A DNA stretch of 40,858 nt from the IMG/VR virus record IMGVR_UViG_3300046170_000417, positions 1-40,858 of that record; one strand, 5' to 3'. Position 1 is the first letter of the stretch, and every line of letters begins with the position of its first letter. The translations under genes were made by a program, and so were the position numbers. The notes beneath the pieces were generated by a model, which did no database searches, had not been told where the DNA came from, and was given only the letters and a program-made list of their open reading frames with translations. This document shows positions 36,060-40,858 of this stretch, one piece after another. This DNA comes from a virus (lineage: Duplodnaviria; Caudoviricetes).

Positions 36060-39000
36060 ATGGATAACTTTTATACATATACGCCTTCTTCTTCAGAATT
36101 AAACACCGGGATATTTGAGTTTGACTCTGTATATAGTGGGAACACTACAGATGTTACTCAAACTTCTAGTGGAAGCGGTATCCATAATTATAGAGACTTG
36201 ACATTAAACCTTCGGATTCAAGATAGGGATGGTCAAGAGGTAACGGACGCCAGAGACTTTCTGAAAAGTGCGTTTCTTACAGAAGCGAATATAAGTATAC
36301 TAGAGCCAGACGGCACAGTAGCCTATGCTGATTACCAATCTGGTTACAAGCAGTCCAGTTTTACCTTTACTGAGCAGAACAACATAGATATCTTTGGTTT
36401 CTATGCCCCACATTTTGGTATAAAAACTGAGATCAAAGATAGGGATGATAATGTTACTACTAGTGAGTTTTATTTTTATGGTAATAGACCAAGAGTTTCA
36501 TCTGTTACTGTCACAGATACAGCTACTGGACACAAGTTCACCTCTTCTTATGGTTCTGCATCTACCCAAGCATTGTCTGGGATTTCTGGGCAATTAAAAG
36601 TCGATTTTGATTTCTTTAACAGCCCAGAGTATACTAACTTCGATCATGTTGATATATACTGGGCTTCTACGGTGGGTTACTTTAACGACAACCCTTTATC
36701 AGCGGACCATCTCGCAGCTACAAAAACCTTATTTCAGAACAAGAACCAAAGCGTGTTTTTGTATGAGGAGAATATACCTCAGTTCACAGGTAGTGATCTA
36801 TACCTAACAATAAAACCATACAGTACAATTGGTCTGGGTGATCAGTGGACAGTTGGCCCTTTTAAGTTTGAGTATGCAGAGAAACCCAATACAAATTATT
36901 TAACTGAGATATCTAGCGGCGATGTGACAGGAGCCTTAGGTTTTACACCTTCTTCAGGAGTTGGAAATTTAAACTTACAAGATGTCACTACGAATGGAGC
37001 GGAAACTGACAGAAATGTAACTTTCAAAGGTGGTTTTACCATAAACAACCCAGATTCCTCTATAGTTTTCTTCAACCCTGAGGATTCATCTGAAAATGCT
37101 AAAATAGTAGCGTCTCACACCAGTAGCGAAAGCTCTTTATTGTTCCAAGCGGATAAATTCCTATTTAACGTTTCAGGAGCTTCAGAAGAAGCATCTATAG
37201 AAGGTAACACTATAGGCTCCTATGCTTCTGCAATTCTATTGGGTACAGCTAACACTGTGCATGGTGATTATGATGCTATTATAGCAGGAACACAGAATAC
37301 AATATCTGGGGTCGGAACTTATGCAGCTGACTTTGATTTTATAGGAGCAGGTTCTGGAAACCAGATCACAGGTTCTAGTTACTCTAGTATAGTAGGAGGA
37401 ATAAGTAACTACATATACAAAGACTCTAGAAACAGTTTTATCGGTGGAGGTACAGGTAACGTGCTAGAAGCTTCTCCCAATAGTGTTATAGGTGGGGGCG
37501 TTAACAATTACATAGATAGCGCAGAGTCTGTGCAGATATTTGGGTCTTATATAACTGGGTCTACTCCTTTAGATGGCTATATTTATTTATCGGATAATCA
37601 AAACAGGTCAAAAATACCTGATGCATCAGATACGCTATTTATAGATTTCGTAGGGGGAGTAGATGTAAAAACAGGAGACCTTACTGTAGCACAAGGCATA
37701 ACGATGGGGGGTAATACAGTAGCCACTCAGTCGTGGGTCTCCTCTCAAAACTACTTGACTTCTGAAACTGACGATCAGACTCTTAATGAAGTTCTATCTC
37801 AAGGCAATACTTCTGCTAGTGGAATAACGATAGGTGCCTCAACTGTTAGTGGGTCTCTTGAGGTCTCCAACAATGACACAGGGATATCAGATATTTTTCA
37901 TGTAGACGGTTTAAATGGCCGTTTATTCGGGGTGACTGATGAAGTCACCGGAACCGTCTTCTCAGTCAACGATGCCGCTGGTCTTCCTATCGTAGAAGTG
38001 GAATCCACTTCTACATACGACAAGATCACAATGGGTGAGTATGGAAAAAATGCTTTGGTGGTTAGCGGGGACAGTGTTGGCATAGGGACAACAAGTCCAA
38101 GTGCTGAATTAGAGCTTGTAGGAAAACAAATGATTACAGCGGGGGTCAATGCGTTTCCTCAAACAGAAGACTATTTATATATTGGCGGTGATGATTTAGC
38201 TAGTGCAAACGCTGCAATATACATAGGTAACAGAGGTAATGGTTCTGGTTATGGTTGGAGAATGTTCTATGAGGGAACAGGAAATGGGAATGACAATAAA
38301 TTAAAATTTAAATCTGAAAATTTTGGAAGCCCTGTTGATGTAATAACAATGCTTCAAGACGGCAAGGTTGGTATAGGAACAACAAGTCCGTTTAAAAAAT
38401 TAGATTTAGGAGCTACATCTTCAGAAACTGATATAGCATTGAATTATTCCGATGTTGGAACAAATCTGGGACAAATAGGTTTTGCTCTTGGTTCTAATAA
38501 ATTAATAAGCGGAGATACGGAGGGGGATTTAGTTTTAAGAAATAGTGTCTCTGGTAAAAGTATTATTTTTGGAACTCAAAGCACAGAGAGAGTGCGTATT
38601 GATTCTGACGGTAACGTTGGTATAGGAACAGCTAGTCCATCACAAAAACTACACGTAGTAGGAAACACAATAACTACAGGAGTATCTTATACAGATATTG
38701 TTCAGACATATAGCGGTTCATCTATTGACTTTAGACATCAAGACGCATCTGTTGTTATGCGTGTTGATACGCCTAATGCGAGAGTTGGTATAGGAACAAC
38801 TAGTCCAGACAAAAAACTTGAAGTTAGTGGTGACATAAAAATAAGCGGTGGTGATTATAATGGTTTGTTTTTTGAAAATGCTTCTGGCACTACAAAAACT
38901 TTATTATACCAACATGCCACTTATGATGCACTTGTAATAAAGGATATAGTAAATAATGCAGATAGAGTTACTTTTAAAAACAATGGGTAACGTTGGTATA

Positions 39001-40858
39001 GGAACAACGAGTCCTAGCACCTAAGTTAGAAGTGGTTGCGACTGGCAACTACAAGTGTAGATATAGCTCATTTTCAAACTCAAATGGCGTTGTCAAAATT
39101 AATCATTCTTTAGATGGGGTAGGTTCAGAAAGATATCTATCTTAGACGCTTCTAATAACGAGGATATTAGGTTAAGCGCCCAAGGAGACAGTTGGTTTAA
39201 CGCTGGTAACGTTGGTATAGGACCGAAGCTGGTAACGTTGGTATAGGAACAACGAGTCCAGTTGCCAGATTAGATGTTTCAACTACTGGAGCGGATGGTA
39301 TTAATTTATCTCAAGATACTGCGGCCTCAACTATTTCAAGTCGTTTGTTCTTTAGTAATGCAACTGCTGGTCAAGGTGTTTCAATATACAATTCTGGCTC
39401 AAATATGAGGTTCCAGACTGGTTCTACTATCGGTAGTGCTACAGGAACCACAAGAATGGTTATAAATTCTAACGGTAACGTTGGTATAGGAACAACAAGT
39501 CCTGCAAGCAAGCTGCAAATTGATCAATACACAGTAGGATCTAATGGCAATCAAAGCATTTTTGGCACAGCTAGCATATTCACTAATAGCGGCAGTGATG
39601 GATTATATCTAGGAGTTAAGGATGCTAGTTATCCAAATAGAGGTTATTCTTTTAAAGTAACTGAATCAGGGGTTAATTCTGATTTTTCAATCAAAGAGCA
39701 TGGTTCTAGTGGGGATAGGTTGACTATAAAAAGCGGCGGCAACGTTGGTATAGGAACAACAACGCCTAATGATTTTGGTTTCTTAGAAACTGCGGTTGAA
39801 ATTTCAGCAGGATCTTCGTCTTCAACAACTCTTCAACAAGCTGGGTTAGTTTTGTCTGGAAGTTCAGACGCTGACGATACTGATGACTTCGCTTATTTAT
39901 CTTTCACAAACCATCAATCTACTATTTCTAATGGTAGAGTAGCAGAGATAAGAGCTTATAAAAACGGTTCAGATGTTGATACTGGAGAATTAGCTTTCTT
40001 TACTGTGCTTTCTGAAAGAATGCGGATTGATAAAGATGGCAACGTTGGTATAGGGACAACTAGTCCAAATGCTAAACTGAAAATTGAAAGTGATGCCACC
40101 TCGACAGACTCTAACACTTTAAGAATTCTACACACAAGAAGTGATGCGGATGTTGCTACACACGCTGCATTCATCGACATGGATTTAAGTGGTGCTGATA
40201 ACACCACAACTGATAGAACAAATGCTGGTTTAAAAGTAGATCTAGATTCATCTGCTAATGGGGATGCGGCTAACGAGCATAGAATATATGGTGTTGAAAC
40301 TGATGTTAGATTTAATGGTTTTTCAGATATTGCTCGTGGCGGGTATTTTTACACTGAATCAAACTATACAGGAGGAAAAACAGCACAATTAGTTGGAGTA
40401 TATGGGAATGCTACCCATGATGCAAACTCTACCTCTGGAGGGGTATCAAATATGTATGGCGTTTATGGTACAAGCTCCATACAAGATTTAGGAGATGTAG
40501 ATAATGCTTTTGGTGGTTATTTTTCAGTAACCGTATCTACAAGTAGAGGCGATGCTAATGTTGGTGTTACAAAAGGAGTTGAGGGAGAGATTTCAATAGA
40601 TAAATCTACTACCATAGATTATGGCACAATGATTGGCATGTCGTCAATTATAGATAATAATGAAGGCTCCACACCTAACTTCGGAACTCAATATTTATTC
40701 AAAGGGGATTACCAAGGAACCAAAGGCTCAAATGCATTTGGTATACATGTAGAAGGGGACAAAAATTATTTTGAAGGAAATGTTGGTATAGGAACAACTG
40801 ATCCGTCTAGGAAATTACAAATAACCCAAACATCCACAACAGAAGGTGGGCTTTATGT
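36060..40858 (+). CDS. Long modular tail fibre protein (indels at about 38985-39227; 3' truncated by window)
   Basis: Follows gpJ. Gly-Asn beta-repeats near 37250-37520 and repeated (G)NVGIGTTSP modules. The original frame resumes at 39228 and appears open to the window end. Confidence 0.85.
38076..40800 (+). repeat. Interspersed direct repeat GTTGGTATAGGAACAAC (VGIGTT), 11 copies
   Basis: Cores start at 38076, 38367, 38616, 38784, 38992, 39211, 39237, 39480, 39744, 40044 and 40782. Confidence 0.9.

Noticed and set aside
315-40207. Numerous short antisense and alternate-frame ORFs inside long genes
   Set aside because: They lie within well-supported genes, show no recognisable motifs and lack expression signals.
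38076-40800. Repeat-spacer pattern as a CRISPR array
   Set aside because: Spacers are 170-740 bp and variable, and the repeats are in-frame coding (VGIGTT) inside a tail fibre; no cas operon is present.
1-40858. Alternative genetic code (stop codon reassignment)
   Set aside because: Long genes are intact under the standard code with TAA, TAG and TGA all used as stops; breaks are frame changes, not in-frame stops.
36060-40858. Diversity-generating retroelement or invertase shufflon acting on the fibre
   Set aside because: No reverse transcriptase, TR/VR pair, site-specific recombinase or inverted cassettes were seen in this window; they could lie outside it.
1-40858. Bacterial chromosome origin suggested by recA, dnaB, dnaE, clp and gmd
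   Set aside because: Divergent sequences, compact phage-style gene packing, absence of other housekeeping genes and a linked tail module indicate a phage.

Overview
This window is a segment of a large tailed dsDNA bacteriophage genome, not a cellular chromosome. From left to right it holds: the 3' end of a class I ribonucleotide reductase alpha subunit; a sugar cassette (two probable transferases, NeuA-like CMP-sugar synthetase, RraA/HMG-type aldolase, NeuB-like synthase, GDP-mannose 4,6-dehydratase); a bacterial-type replication/recombination block (RecA, endonuclease, DnaB, DnaG, PD-(D/E)XK nuclease, and DnaE split into PHP / DEDDh exonuclease / catalytic core); a ClpA/C-type AAA+ ATPase; a kinase-fold protein; multi-domain glycosyltransferases; a probable ssDNA-annealing protein and a GNAT; holin- and spanin-like genes; a Glu-rich protein; a PEP-CTERM-like surface protein that hints at a Verrucomicrobia-like host; and a lambda-like tail tip module (L-K-I-J) followed by a long modular tail fibre running off the right end. 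Two promoter-like classes are visible: sigma70-like TTGACA/TAnnnT sites and a recurring AGTGTA motif just upstream of start codons. Frameshifts cluster at about 10.3-11.8 kb, 26.0-27.4 kb and 39.0-39.2 kb and are most likely sequencing/consensus indels. No tRNA, rRNA, CRISPR array or IS element was recognised. All family calls come from motif recognition by eye; no database search was run.
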